Of a stretch of DNA of 64,000 nt, positions 1 to 13,000 are shown piece by piece (position 1 is the stretch's first letter; each line of letters opens with the position of its first letter). The position numbers were made by a program, and so were the translations under genes. The notes under the pieces were generated by a model. That model was given only the letters and a program-made list of their open reading frames with translations, did not search any database and was not told the origin of the DNA. The stretch lies in the NCBI GenBank assembly GCA_903813345.2, contig CAIIXF020000001.1, forward strand, positions 4,898,001 through 4,962,000. Direction: 5' to 3'. The DNA is from Owenia fusiformis. Its lineage: Eukaryota.

Positions 1-977
1 ATAAATAATATCAATATCAATAAATATCAAAATATTTCATTTTGAATACGTATATAATAAAATGGACGGCAATTTGTACAGAGATCCAATTTGGTGTTTA
101 AATCATGAGAAATCCCCAATACACATGATGCTTTTCACCAATTCTTTTTACCTTTCTGTGTAATTTCAAAATTGAGAAGTCATTCTAAATATATACCAGC
201 AAAATTTAGACTCAATTTTTATTTAATCATACCTTATATAAGAGTGTACACAATTAGGGATGTTATGTGATCAGTTGCATCATGGTCTCTTGAAAGCCCA
301 TGGTTGCATAAATCAGACTTCTAGCTGTTTCCATGCATAACTGAATGGGCAAATGTTAAACTTACCAGTAACTACTGATGTTTTTGCACAATCATTTGGA
401 CGTCTTTTTTAAAACTGCTTAGTTTAAAATGTTCTTTGTAAAGCAACCATTTAGAAAATCTTACCATTATCCTATCCATTGCTACCACAAAAACAGTTGC
501 TGAGATCTATGAATTTCCCTTGCTTGCTTTCCAGCAAGCCTAGGTGTAAAGCTTCAAGATTTGTTGACAACAAAATTATACAGATGCAGGTATACAGATT
601 TGTACAAAGATGCAACCAGCAAATATCACATTTCCCAAGCTACAAAACAGCTTGCCTTCCATCAATAATTCAAAAATCATGAAATACACCTTTCTGATTT
701 CTGATAACAAAATACAGTAATATAGATGCGGAAATATATGATCATACTTGTACAAGATGATTGTGATCAATGCAAACCGCATATAACGTTTCTCAAAAAA
801 ACCAAACTAATATGCCTTCTCAGACCTTCCATTATGACATGCAATTTTCAGATCTTTGCATAATAAAAAGCAATAGGTTGCAAGTATAACAACTATAAAG
901 ATTGCATAAATAGATTCAATCTGTATCCTAATAAATGATGCATTTATACTGAGCTATTACAGTATTAGGAGGATGCT

Positions 978-1001
978 TTACTCTTCCTTTTTTCCCCTAG
1001 C
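978..1001 (-). CDS. Tentative terminal TRP exon (ARGKKEE*)
   Basis: Acceptor tttggtttttcag; phase 0 matches the donor at 2816. Confidence 0.45.
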   Translation of the reverse strand, partial: ARGKKEE

Positions 1002-4000
1002 CTGAAAAACCAAATCTGCTTTTCTGGAATGTTACTTGCTTAAACTCAAGTCAGCTGTATAACGCTCAAAACGTTAAAAGTATTGTTAAGTCCAATTGGC
1101 TTTATGGTGAAAAATCACTCATATCTGAATGTTCTTATATCACTATAAAATCAGCCACTTGTATAATATCAATGCTAAGTATTATGCTATGCTTCACTTG
1201 CAGACATTCCTTCCATACTCTGAAAAACAAGATGAACATATTATTGATATGAGAGTTGTATCAAACATACATGGAGCTAGAATAACCAAACCATATAGAC
1301 AAAGGACACAATTTATCAAAAGGAAAGTAAAATGGAACATTAATAGAAATTTAACATGCTAAAAAAATCTAAATCACTGGAACCAATGTGTTTTCCCATT
1401 CTATTTATTTCTCCCTCAAAAAACAATTTAATAGATGTGTCATGCATGTAACCAAGAAGATATTGTGAAATCAGATTTGAGAATGAAATAATTTGAATTA
1501 AGAAACACAATATGCTTTTTAAATAATAAAATAACTAAAGAGGATTGCTTGGTTCTTCAATTTTTATATAATAACACAATACTTTTGAAATAAACTTAGG
1601 TCAATACAGGGTGTCAAATAAGTCCCGTCCCCCCTGCTACAGCTAAAGCCTTAACAGACGGTACCTAATGTGATATACCATTGGAAAGATCATTCAAAGT
1701 TATGTTAACTCACCAACTCTCAAGTATTTTGGATGAAATTTACCTATATTTTTATGATGTCTTTTATAGTTAACGTGCCCTCCTTTAAGTAGCTTTTTGC
1801 GTCAAAATGAAAAGGATATGACCTCAGAAATATGTCAAAAAGTTGATCTTTTTCGCATTCCACTTGTTACAAAATGGTTTTCAGCACTTTCCTTGCCCCT
1901 CTATTTTCTACACATCTAACCCTATCCAGAAATTGGTTAAATTCATTGCCATAAACATATTTAGTCATCTTTTGGTCCTTGACCTTTCTTAAACCTGATT
2001 CTCAAAATCCTGCCAAATATGCCAAATTGCCATGTTTCTAGGCATATGGCCACCTCAATTGATACAATGTAAAAATTTGTGAGATTGATTGACATGTGTC
2101 AGATATATGCCAATCAACGTAACTTTGGAAGACCTTTCCAATGATATATCACACTTGGTACCAAATATCTTGGTTTTGGCTGTAGAGGGGGGGACGGGAC
2201 TTATTTGACACCCTGTATAAAGACAAGGCATTAACATGACAAAATGTCACCACCTAGTTGCTCATAATATTATTAGTTCAATCTAAAGTCAGATTTGAAT
2301 TTCTGAGAACTCTGTAGATGATTTTGAAAAAATGGTCAAATTGAAGCAAGTTTTTTTTTACCCTGAGAGGGTCATTGAAGGTGAAATTTCAAATCTTAAG
2401 TCAGATTTGAACTAAAAAATTGGTCAATTTGAAGCAAGTTGAAAAAAGACCTTTTTGACATTGAGAGGGTTATTGAAGGTCAAATATTTTTTGACCTTGA
2501 GCATGCCATTGAAGGTCAAACCTATAGTCAGATATGAACTTTTGAGAATTTGAAAAAAATTGAAGTCAGTCTAAACAGCATTTGTAAGTTATTAGAAGTT
2601 TTAAGAATTTGTTACAGACGCCAACTGCCAGCCACCACCCACCGATCGCCAACCACCACCACAAAAAATGGAGACCATAACACTTCTTGGTGGTGACATA
2701 ATAACAGCACTAGTAGAATTTTACTGTATTATCTCTTGATGTAAAACAAATTGATTGTACTGCCATCTTTATTTAAAATTATTTCTTTTGGTCTTTAGCA
2801 TGCTAATAAACTTACCAGTACAGTGGGCATAATTCGGACATCAGGTCTTCCACCCTCTGTCATAGTCTCTGCAAACACATTCATATTCTCCGCCTCATTG
2901 GCCCCAGGGTAGAATTCACTAGGCGCATGTATGGCAGGTGGCTCTGCTGGTTCAGAGTAACTAGTGGAGACCTCTATAGTTGGATCTGATGTTTGGATCA
3001 GTGGCACATCATCACCTGCAACACATGAGAATCAATAGAATCAATAAATGAACCTACAGACACTGCAAGAGGATTTATCAACATTACTTTTTCTTATTGT
3101 CAGAGTTCAGAAATTATGATTCTATGGGGCTTATAATTGGACTTTTCATGTATATTATATAGGTAGCCATTCTTTGACTCAATCATATATTAGGTCTATT
3201 ATAGTTGATTCATGCTTCCTGCTCAGAACCTCCATCATTATTATCATATATCAGACTGTTATCATATTAGTATTATTATGTATTATTATCATATATCAGA
3301 CCATAATTACTGTTCAGACTGTGTATCCGATTATAATAGTATATACGTATGTATTAACCATTGCTGGAAATAATACATAGTGCCTGACTCAAAGCCTATC
3401 TAATGAAAATAGTATCACCTGTGAGGTGGCTCTGTTCTAGCATCATATTCAGTTTTTCCTGCCTCCTTTTCAGCTTCTTTTGATCTTTCTTCTTCTTTTT
3501 CTCAACTGTTGCCCTGAAGATATTTTACAAATATCCCTTAAATCTTTGTTATGCGGTAAAAATTACATTGAGATTGCTCAAGCATCAAAGCTAAATAGCT
3601 TTATTGTGTATATGGAGACTCTGCATGGTCATCTCTCTAATTCTGCTATCTTTTGATCCCTACTACTCGACCATACTTATACAGGAATGACCTGTCCTTG
3701 TAACTAGATCGGAACCAGTGAACATAATGATTGCGCTTCTAAGTATGACAGAAAAGCCTCAGTCAAATTTGCTCAAAGGTGGCCATAGAAAATCTATATT
3801 GTACTGATTATCCCTATATTTTATGCATATTTATCTCAACTTTGTGAAGGCCGTAGGGTTCCTGAAGATCGAATGTGACCGAGGCATTAATAAAGAGGAA
3901 ACTCACCAGTTTGCCATATCTAATGTTTTGCCAGCATCATTTGCGTAAATGTGACTTTCACCTACAGCAATATTTCTTCTAGGAGAATCTCCATCAGTTT

Positions 4001-7000
4001 GAGTATTCTGGATGTGTTTCAACATTGAGTGAATTGTACTCATGCTGCTTTTTAATTGGTCCAATATGTCTTCCTGTTTCTCACGCACATTTCTAATCTC
4101 CTTCCAAAGGATGTCAATTTCATCTTCAAACTTCCGCACATTGATGGCATCTGATGGCTTTACATTAGGTCCGAAATCATCATCATCGTCAAAGTTATCA
4201 CCTGGGGGTCTTCTGGTGTTATCACCCCCTAAGGAAGAAAATGAACGTACATGTATAAGTAAATGGGCAGGGGGACAGGGGTTGCTGAACACTCTTCAAT
4301 ATTACAGTACAGTATATCTCCACCTTTGAGAAATCATGTGTAAATTATCAAGTATCAACAGACAAGACTTAAAGCACAAAATTCCATTTACCCAGCATGA
4401 CTAGAATGTCTAATTAAATAAGCAGTTTAGATCATCATACCAAGATGAATTTAAAAAATGTTTTTCTCAAAATATTTTCAATTTTTGCAGGACCTTTTAA
4501 GTTACTACTAGACCTTGCACAGAATGGAATATTTGTCTGATTATACCTTCAAAAATGGACTTTCAGAACTGGCTCCTCATGGACCTATACATACAGTATA
4601 TATCTCCAGAATTTATCATTTTCTATTTGGACAAATGGCAACAGGCAATTTTCTATTTGGAACACTTGCCAAATACCCACAGTACACTGTTCCCTCATCA
4701 CAGTTGTTCCCATATGCGATAAATAATGCAAATGAAAGATTCATAATTGATTTGACATATTTTATTTCATACTTTTTAAATAATTACCATCATTGACAAA
4801 ATATAAAGCATATACAGGTCTAAAGTTCCAAAAGTTCCAGATTCCATTCCAAGCCAGTTTTAAATTACAACATCAACCACAACATACCTCTTCTATTGTG
4901 GGTATTGTTGTCATGATCAGTTGCTCGATCATCAAGACGCTCCCTCAGCTGGTCAAGATCATCCTACAATGTGTAATTAAAATTATTTTAAAGTAACATT
5001 GAAAAAAATGAATTAAACTTACATTATAATCATTAAATGATTTTTGATCTTACCACATTGAATATGAAAGAGAAAATATGAACAGGTGTACCCTTTTACA
5101 AATCTACTGGCTGTGGCTGGCACCCAGCTGTAACATTGAATGTGAATAACAGAAAATATAGGACAACGAATAATGGGTTCACATGGTGTTTTATAAAGAA
5201 ATTGACATATTTTGATCATTTACAGTGACAATCTATATAGCATTTTGAAGAGCAAAATGACCAACATGTAATTTACCCACCATTTGCAAAGCAAAAAATA
5301 TGGCAATGTGCATATTAAATGAGATAGCAGTAACAGAATACTAACTTTGATTTGCAGTGTGACTTTCTTCAGATCATCGCCACCCTCTGTAGTGGTATCA
5401 TCATCATAGAACTTCTCTTCAGGTGCACAGTTTGTATGGATGTGTTTGCGAAACTTTTCACGTCTTTTGAAGCTCATTCCCCCCTCTAAGCTAAGTATGG
5501 TGATTGCTTTTTGCATGACTGCATTAGCCTGGGCATTGTCATATACCCTGAACATAGAACAATCAAATAAATAACATATAAAATATTAGGATTTAATTTA
5601 CAAAAGGATATATAACAATTTTAGTCAATGATTAAAAAGCATGTGCCTTCTCCACAACAGATATAGCATAATCACTTGTCATAATTGTACATACAAAAAG
5701 TATGACAAACGTAACCAAAATGTATACTAGAAGCAAATCCCTATATCCCAAAAACACATAAGGGAACAATAGCTATAGCCCCACTCCTCAAACCATTGAG
5801 AAATTAAAAAAGGGAACTATGTATTTATATAAATTCCATGGAAACATAAAATCAAAGATCTGCCATGTCTCATATAGAATCAGATTTATGTTAATACAGG
5901 AGCCAAATATGGATTTTGATATATTTTTTTTGATTTTAGACAGCTAATCTCTAACATTACCTTATGGTACCATTTTGACTACAATACTGTGCGGTACCAT
6001 AAAATATGGTAGCATATGGTAATGTAGACTATAACAGTACCGTGAACACTGTATGGCCCCATACACATTCTTATATGATTTCAGAGTGTGGATTGGTGGT
6101 GTATAAAGCTGTGCAGAATGAGCTATAATAGTGAATACTGAATAATGAAATATTGGCACATGAGCAAATAAATCATGTCAACAACATACCTCTGAAATGT
6201 GTCAGACAGCAGCGCAATGAAGAGATTGAGACACAGAATTGCAGAGAGAGAAAGCCATAATCCAACTAAGATATCTGCCATTATAGAATCAACAAGTTTC
6301 ATTCCCTGCAATAAAAAATATGGTCAAGGCTATTTTATGTACAGCAGTTTTGTAGTATTCAAGTGTTCACTTTCTAATAGCAAGTTCAGACCGATAGCCA
6401 GCTTTTGCCAAGGGGGGTCACTTTTCCAAAAAGTCTGGGGGGTTCACATTTGACAACTTTGACCCAAAATCACTTGTTCAGAATCATGAAAAACTGCATG
6501 TTTTTGAAAGAATTTTTGGCCAGGCGTCCTGCAAGATTTGTTGAACTAAAATATATTAAGTTAGTTATGCATAACCAAATGGGCATACTCACTGCATAGT
6601 CATACTCATCCACAAGAGTGAGTCTGAACATGCTGAATAAGAGCTGATTCCAATCTCCATAGCCATTCACTTCTATCAAGGTAGCATTCACAGCTGCAGG
6701 TGTCCCAGCAATACTCTGGGGGAGCTTCTTGCCTCCAAATATCATCCAGAAAGCACATGCTGAAGTAAGAAGTCATCATTAGGTTATCATTGATATATAA
6801 TTTATGGGATTTTAAGAAGAGGTGGTCTTCATGCATGACTTTTGTGACTTGAAATACAGAAAGTTGAGGCAGTTGCAAATCTCAACATGAAATAAAAAAA
6901 AATCATTTGCTCTTAAATACCTCCGATTTGAATAGGATAAAGACATGCTTGGACATATCTCAAAATAAGTGACAATACCCCATCTGGGTGATCATTGTAA

Positions 7001-10000
7001 ATATTACAAACTTGTTTGTTGGGATAATTATAATGGGGCTAAAAGGTATAAAATGGTTTATAAAGGCATCAGTATGTATTTGGACTGTCATTGTGTCAGT
7101 TTAATTTAAAGAACATTTTAACATACTTACCAAATGGTATGAAGAATTCTAAATACAAGAATCCAAACTTCACAATGTCACCAACCATGTGACCAAGCAT
7201 CACAATGAATGGCCCTGAAACACAAATGTTTATAATTCATATCTTGCATTTATGAAAATAATGTTTTATATCTGACATTTTCACATTGGACACACTTACA
7301 AAAAAGTTATTATTAATTGCATGTAAATAATGGATTTATTACCCAATGTTGCAAAGGCCCTGGCATTTTTCATGAGTCTGAGCCATATGAGTATGATGGT
7401 GACAGCCATGATGCGTATGTGCAACCTGGCCAAGAAGTCAGTGTGGAAGAAAACATCCCCTATGTGTGTTCCAACACATACAGATAGCATAAAGTAGCAG
7501 ATCCAGTCAAACACATTCCTGAAATCAAAAATTTACTCTTAATGCAATTATATCTAAAAAACTTGATTTTGAAATTTGCAGCTGAATACACTATCAGCGC
7601 TTGCATTAGGTTAGAAAATTTGTGAGTCCCAGGGACGCAATTTCTTTAAAAAAATTTGTTTTTGTTAGGTATCACATTGTAGAATTGATAAAAAAAAAAT
7701 TGCGTCCAAAAAACGGAAATATTTTCAATTTTTGCGTCCTCCAAATTATTTTTGAGTCCTTAACATGTACGGGACGCCGTTACTGACTATGTTCAATTTT
7801 TCGCACTCCCATTAATTTTTTCGAATCCAGCAACTATTTTTCAATTTAGATCTCAAATATACAGGGTGGTACAAATAATACTTTAATTAATACGTAGTAA
7901 ATGCATTGTCTCTTACCAGAAATCATTAAAGTACTGAGGTTTAGCATCGTCCAGGTCTCTTTTCTCTTGTATCAGGAAGAGATCCTCCTCGGGCCAGCGA
8001 GGATGGCTGTATTTTCTATCACGATCTATCTCATTCTCTCGCCATTCTTTCCATGCCTTTTGATAAAGTATAGTATGTTCATATTGTATTTGTTTCACAA
8101 AATAATGCATTTAAGTTTTCAGTTGTTCTTATTTCTTAAACATCTTCATCAATATCTGAACACTTTTCAAGAGTATGTACAGGGTGTCCAAAAGGTAATA
8201 GGACTCATGCTGCCATTTTCTGAATGCTGCACTGATCATGTTCTTCTAATCGCTTTAGTTCATTTAAATGACACATTTGACCAAGGGCGTTACAATACCC
8301 GGGAATTTATCGGTTCGTGCAGTACTTGTTTGTGATAGCGCCCTCTGTAGGTCACTGTGCTTATAGCCTACAGTAATACGGGGTAGGATATCGGGAATTC
8401 GGTCAGTTTCTATCCGTCGATTTCGCTATGAATTGAAGCAAGTGTGACCACTTTATCCACTTAAACAATTTGATAATTGATTAAATCTTTAAACAAAATC
8501 GATAAACACGTTATACACTTCCTATCTCCTTAGAAATTAGCATGTATTTATGGATTGTGTTTTCGAACAAGGCTCGACCCAAACCAATAGGGAAATCCTT
8601 ATGCTAATTAGTATGACGTCATATTTTCCTGGGGAATCCTAGATTTCAAAGCCTCAGTCTGTTATTGTTTCAAATGTAAACGCTCTTTTGCAGACAGAAA
8701 ATTGACAGATTAGCTCTTAACTTTCAGCTTTGATGTTTAAATATTCTGTATTTCTACCGGACTTCTTGCTGAATATCATATAATGTTATAACTTGATTTG
8801 GACCATTGCCTGATTGATCATTCTGAAATTTTGATTGTGTTGGCAAGAAAAATAATTCCTATTGTTTTCCAGCGAAGTCAAAATGTTACAGCATGAGTTA
8901 TAATGTTGAGTTTGCATCATGTTAAATTCTGCTAGTGATTAGAAGTCCATGCACAAGCATACACATAAGAGACAAACACACCCAGGCTCCAGGCCGTGGA
9001 TGGAAATATAAAACTATTTAAGGCACAAACTGGTATTAATTAGACCGATATGCAGTGTCTGCCATGTATTGAAGGTAAACCAATCTGCATCATTAATGTT
9101 TCTTCTATCAATACATGGATTGTACAATGGAAAAGCAATGGCACAATCAAAAATGTTCATATCAATCGTGAATATCTCTCGGTTCAAAGCTTATTTCCAA
9201 CAGAATCGTGTCAAAATATGTGTCTGAGTAACAGTTATACATTATAAGATCGCAAACTCTTACCAATTATCAGCCGAATGGCTCATTTTAAACGAAATGT
9301 CCTTAAGACAACAGCCCTGGGTCGCGCCTGAGACCAAAAACTATTTCAAATAGCCCTCCCCTAATTATATTGGATAATCACATTTATGCGTGCGCGCGCA
9401 GCTCATCCACTGAAGGAAACGCCACTTCCCGCTGAAATCACCGGGTATTGATCTTTCCCTTGATTTGACCTTGATAACACATAAAGTTGTTTGACTTCCC
9501 AAAGGCCATCAACAGTCATCGTGGTAAGCCACACCCTCTCCATCTCTATGCAACAGAGAGAGATGCTATGAGTATCAGAATGATCAACAGTTAATATACA
9601 GTACTTACATTATGTGATTTCCTGGAGGACCGAAACTCCAAGATTTCATCTCCTATATTGTAGAGAGTGAGGCCAACAGCTACAGCCTAAAAAAGAAGAT
9701 ATCCAAACATACATGTATTAGGGCTCCATCTGTTAACCATAAGCTTTTAAAAATGCTTTTCCAGTTTCATTCAGATCACATGCAAGCTGGTCATACACCC
9801 GGGGTCATACATAGATCAATCTACCAATTTTAATAAACTATAGTAAACAGTTGATGAATTTATGACTTTGACGTTAATATTTAAATTTATTAAAAAATGG
9901 TAACTCATTTTTGGAACCCTTGAAAATTCATATTATTATATCCAAGCAAAACTAAAGTAAATCCTGTAGAAATGTTTACCACACATGGATAATATAATAA

Positions 10001-13000
10001 AAAGCATGCCAGAAATAACCAGCAATTCAAAAATCTTAAGATTCATACATTCTCAGTTCTATGCAATAATGATGAGACACATACCCCTAGTAGTATTCTC
10101 CACCAGTCTTGTGGTAAAGTATAGATATGGCGCTCACTGTATTCTACAGTACATGCTATAGCGGTCCAGACTATGATAAAAGCCATATTCACCAGGAGAG
10201 ATATCCAAGCTCCCAATCTATAGTAAAAAATTCAAACATTACCTAATATATCTAAATAAATACAGTTGTGTCTTAGTTCAGTCCGATCATGTTGTTCTAT
10301 TTCTTATTTTCAATACCATGTTACACTTTTATCAATGTATGACGAAAGTTTTTAATTTTTTCTATTTAATTCTAGATTTCAGAGAAAAATATGTTAATGT
10401 TAAAGCAATTACAATACAGTTACACAGTTACAGTACATTTTTGTTCATGTTAACTTAAGCTCACTGGTTAAACCATATTAGAGTGTCACAATACCTTCCA
10501 AATCGTTGCCACTTGATTTGTATGAGCTTTAGAAATACAGGATGAACTAAAAGTTCAAACTTTTTGTGTGCCACAGCAACTTGCAGCTAAAATAAACCCA
10601 GTAACCATGATAACAAAAGTTTGAATAACACAGGCAAGTTAAAATAGTTAGAAGTTAATAGATAGAGAGTTAAAATAGTTAGAAAACACATAACACTGGT
10701 AAAATGTTCCAAATATGATGTCTTCACAAATCAGGCTATATTTCACACCATTAATGTAATACTGGGTGGCTGGCAACTAATGCAAAGCATTTATTTACTT
10801 CAAAATATTACTTATAGTCTATAAGAACCACATTTTACTAATGGTGCAACATGTGAAGAAAGTTGAGTTTTGTGAATGAGTCTTAGTCATTTAAGATGCC
10901 AAAGTATATCAGGATTGTATCTGGTGAACAATTTGGAACAGAACCAAGTATTTTAAATAAAAATAAGAGTTGACTAATATAACACCAGATTAGTGACAGT
11001 ACCTACTAAAATGAGAAAAACAGAACTCCTGATGGAGAAGCAAATCCCATGGCCCAATGAACAAAAAGTATTTACTCTGATCATATTCACTATGTTTCCA
11101 ATATCATTTTTGATATTGAAAAAAATATATTGGTATATATTGGTATAAAACTGTATTTCAGACAGACAAAACAGATATCACCAGATGTAGACAGAGAGGG
11201 ACAGAGTACTGGAATAAGGCAATCTCTGATGGAATGGCAACTAGAAAAACAGCAACTCCACGGAGTAGCAAATCCCACCGAACAAAACATATTATGCTTA
11301 TTATACCTAGTGTAAATGTTGAAATGTTTGTGCACTTTGTGATAGAAGCATGAAAGGCACAAAGTTAGTTTATACCATTGTGAACTAGGCATCATCATAT
11401 AAAATTTGAACCAAATCCGTTCACTGGTATATGAGTTATCAAAGATTACGTTTTTTACGAAAATTGGCCGCCATCTTGAAATTCAGCCGCCATCTTGAAA
11501 ATTATTTCTTGAACAGAGCTACTGTGTCCCTAGGCATAATCATATAAAATATAAAATTTGAACCAAATCCGTTAACTGGTATTTGAGTTATCAAAGATTA
11601 CATATTCTTACGAAAAATGGCCGCCATTTTGAAAATCTCTTTTTGTGCGAAACTCCTTTGTCCCTAGGCATCAGCATATAAAATTTGAACCAAATCCGTC
11701 AACTTGTATTTGAGTTATCAACGATTACATTTTTCATGAAAAATGGTTGCCATTTTGAATTAAGCAGCCATATTGAAAATTCCTTCTCGAGCAGAAGTCC
11801 TACACTCATAAGGCATAAGCCTATAAAATTTGATCCAAATCTGTCAACCGGTATTGGAGTTATCGCCCGGACACACGGACAAACGAACGGACGGATGGAC
11901 GGCTTCTCTATATCCCCTCGAACTTCGTTCATTGGGATAATAAACTTTGTTTGATGGTAAAACTACAAATCTCAAATGGATGACACAAAGTCAAAAACAC
12001 AACCATCTTATCTTTTACAAATATGATGTACACCGAGTTTCTCTAAATCCAGAGTCATTCAGATGTTTCACACATCAAACACTTTAAGTACACAAGACAA
12101 GAAAATTATGTTGAGTCATGATAATTGAGGAAGTAATATCCCAAAATTAAAAGGTTGCATTATTGTATCATCCTGTATATAAAGCAATTTAGTCATGAAG
12201 ATTCCACTTAAACTGTTAGGTTATTAAAGGAAACTACAGTATCTAAAAAATTAAAAAAGGTTTTATTAATCTACTATGCATTTAAATGCAACTGTTTTAG
12301 AATTGTTATATCAATTACAGAACATTCTAGGCAGATTCAGCCCCAGAGTTACCAATTCAAAAACCATCATATAGATTTTGAAACTACCAATTCTCATTCG
12401 ATTAACAATGTTAATAGCTGAGCACTGGTGGCTAAATATTCCAAGAATGTCCTAAATGTATATATAAGATTTATATATAGAAAGAGTAGGGTTATTGACA
12501 GCAATGTTTTTACCACCACCTTAATTAATAAGTTAAATGTTAAATTCACTTCAGTCATGCAATATGTTCAGTAATGATGGAAATGGTAGAAGCACAAAGT
12601 ATATTTTGATTTTTAGGTATATTTATATATGATTAGACTCAAATATAGTATGGACTGGAGGGCTACTGAAAGTCAACAAGACACAGAGTGAAACATATCA
12701 CACTTCAAGAAAAGCAGCACGGACAAAATTTAGTCAACTGAAGGAATTTTGATAAGGCTAATCATTCAAAATGACCCACTATATAATCTACGCAATATGC
12801 CCGAAAACTAATTCAAAATTACCATTCATTTCGAAATCTTTCAGGAGCAGAAGTCCTCTATGTATATAGCACAAGTCAAGATACATCCACTATGAATATG
12901 AGTCAAATCCAAGAACAGATATTTTAGGGCAGGACACATGGGCAAATGAATGAACAAATGGACAAGCAGATGAATTCTCTGTATCCCTACACAAAATTCA

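Noticed and set aside
11380-11870. CRISPR-like repeat-spacer array
   Set aside because: Degenerate tandem units within a HINE-like element; the intervening sequences are related to each other.
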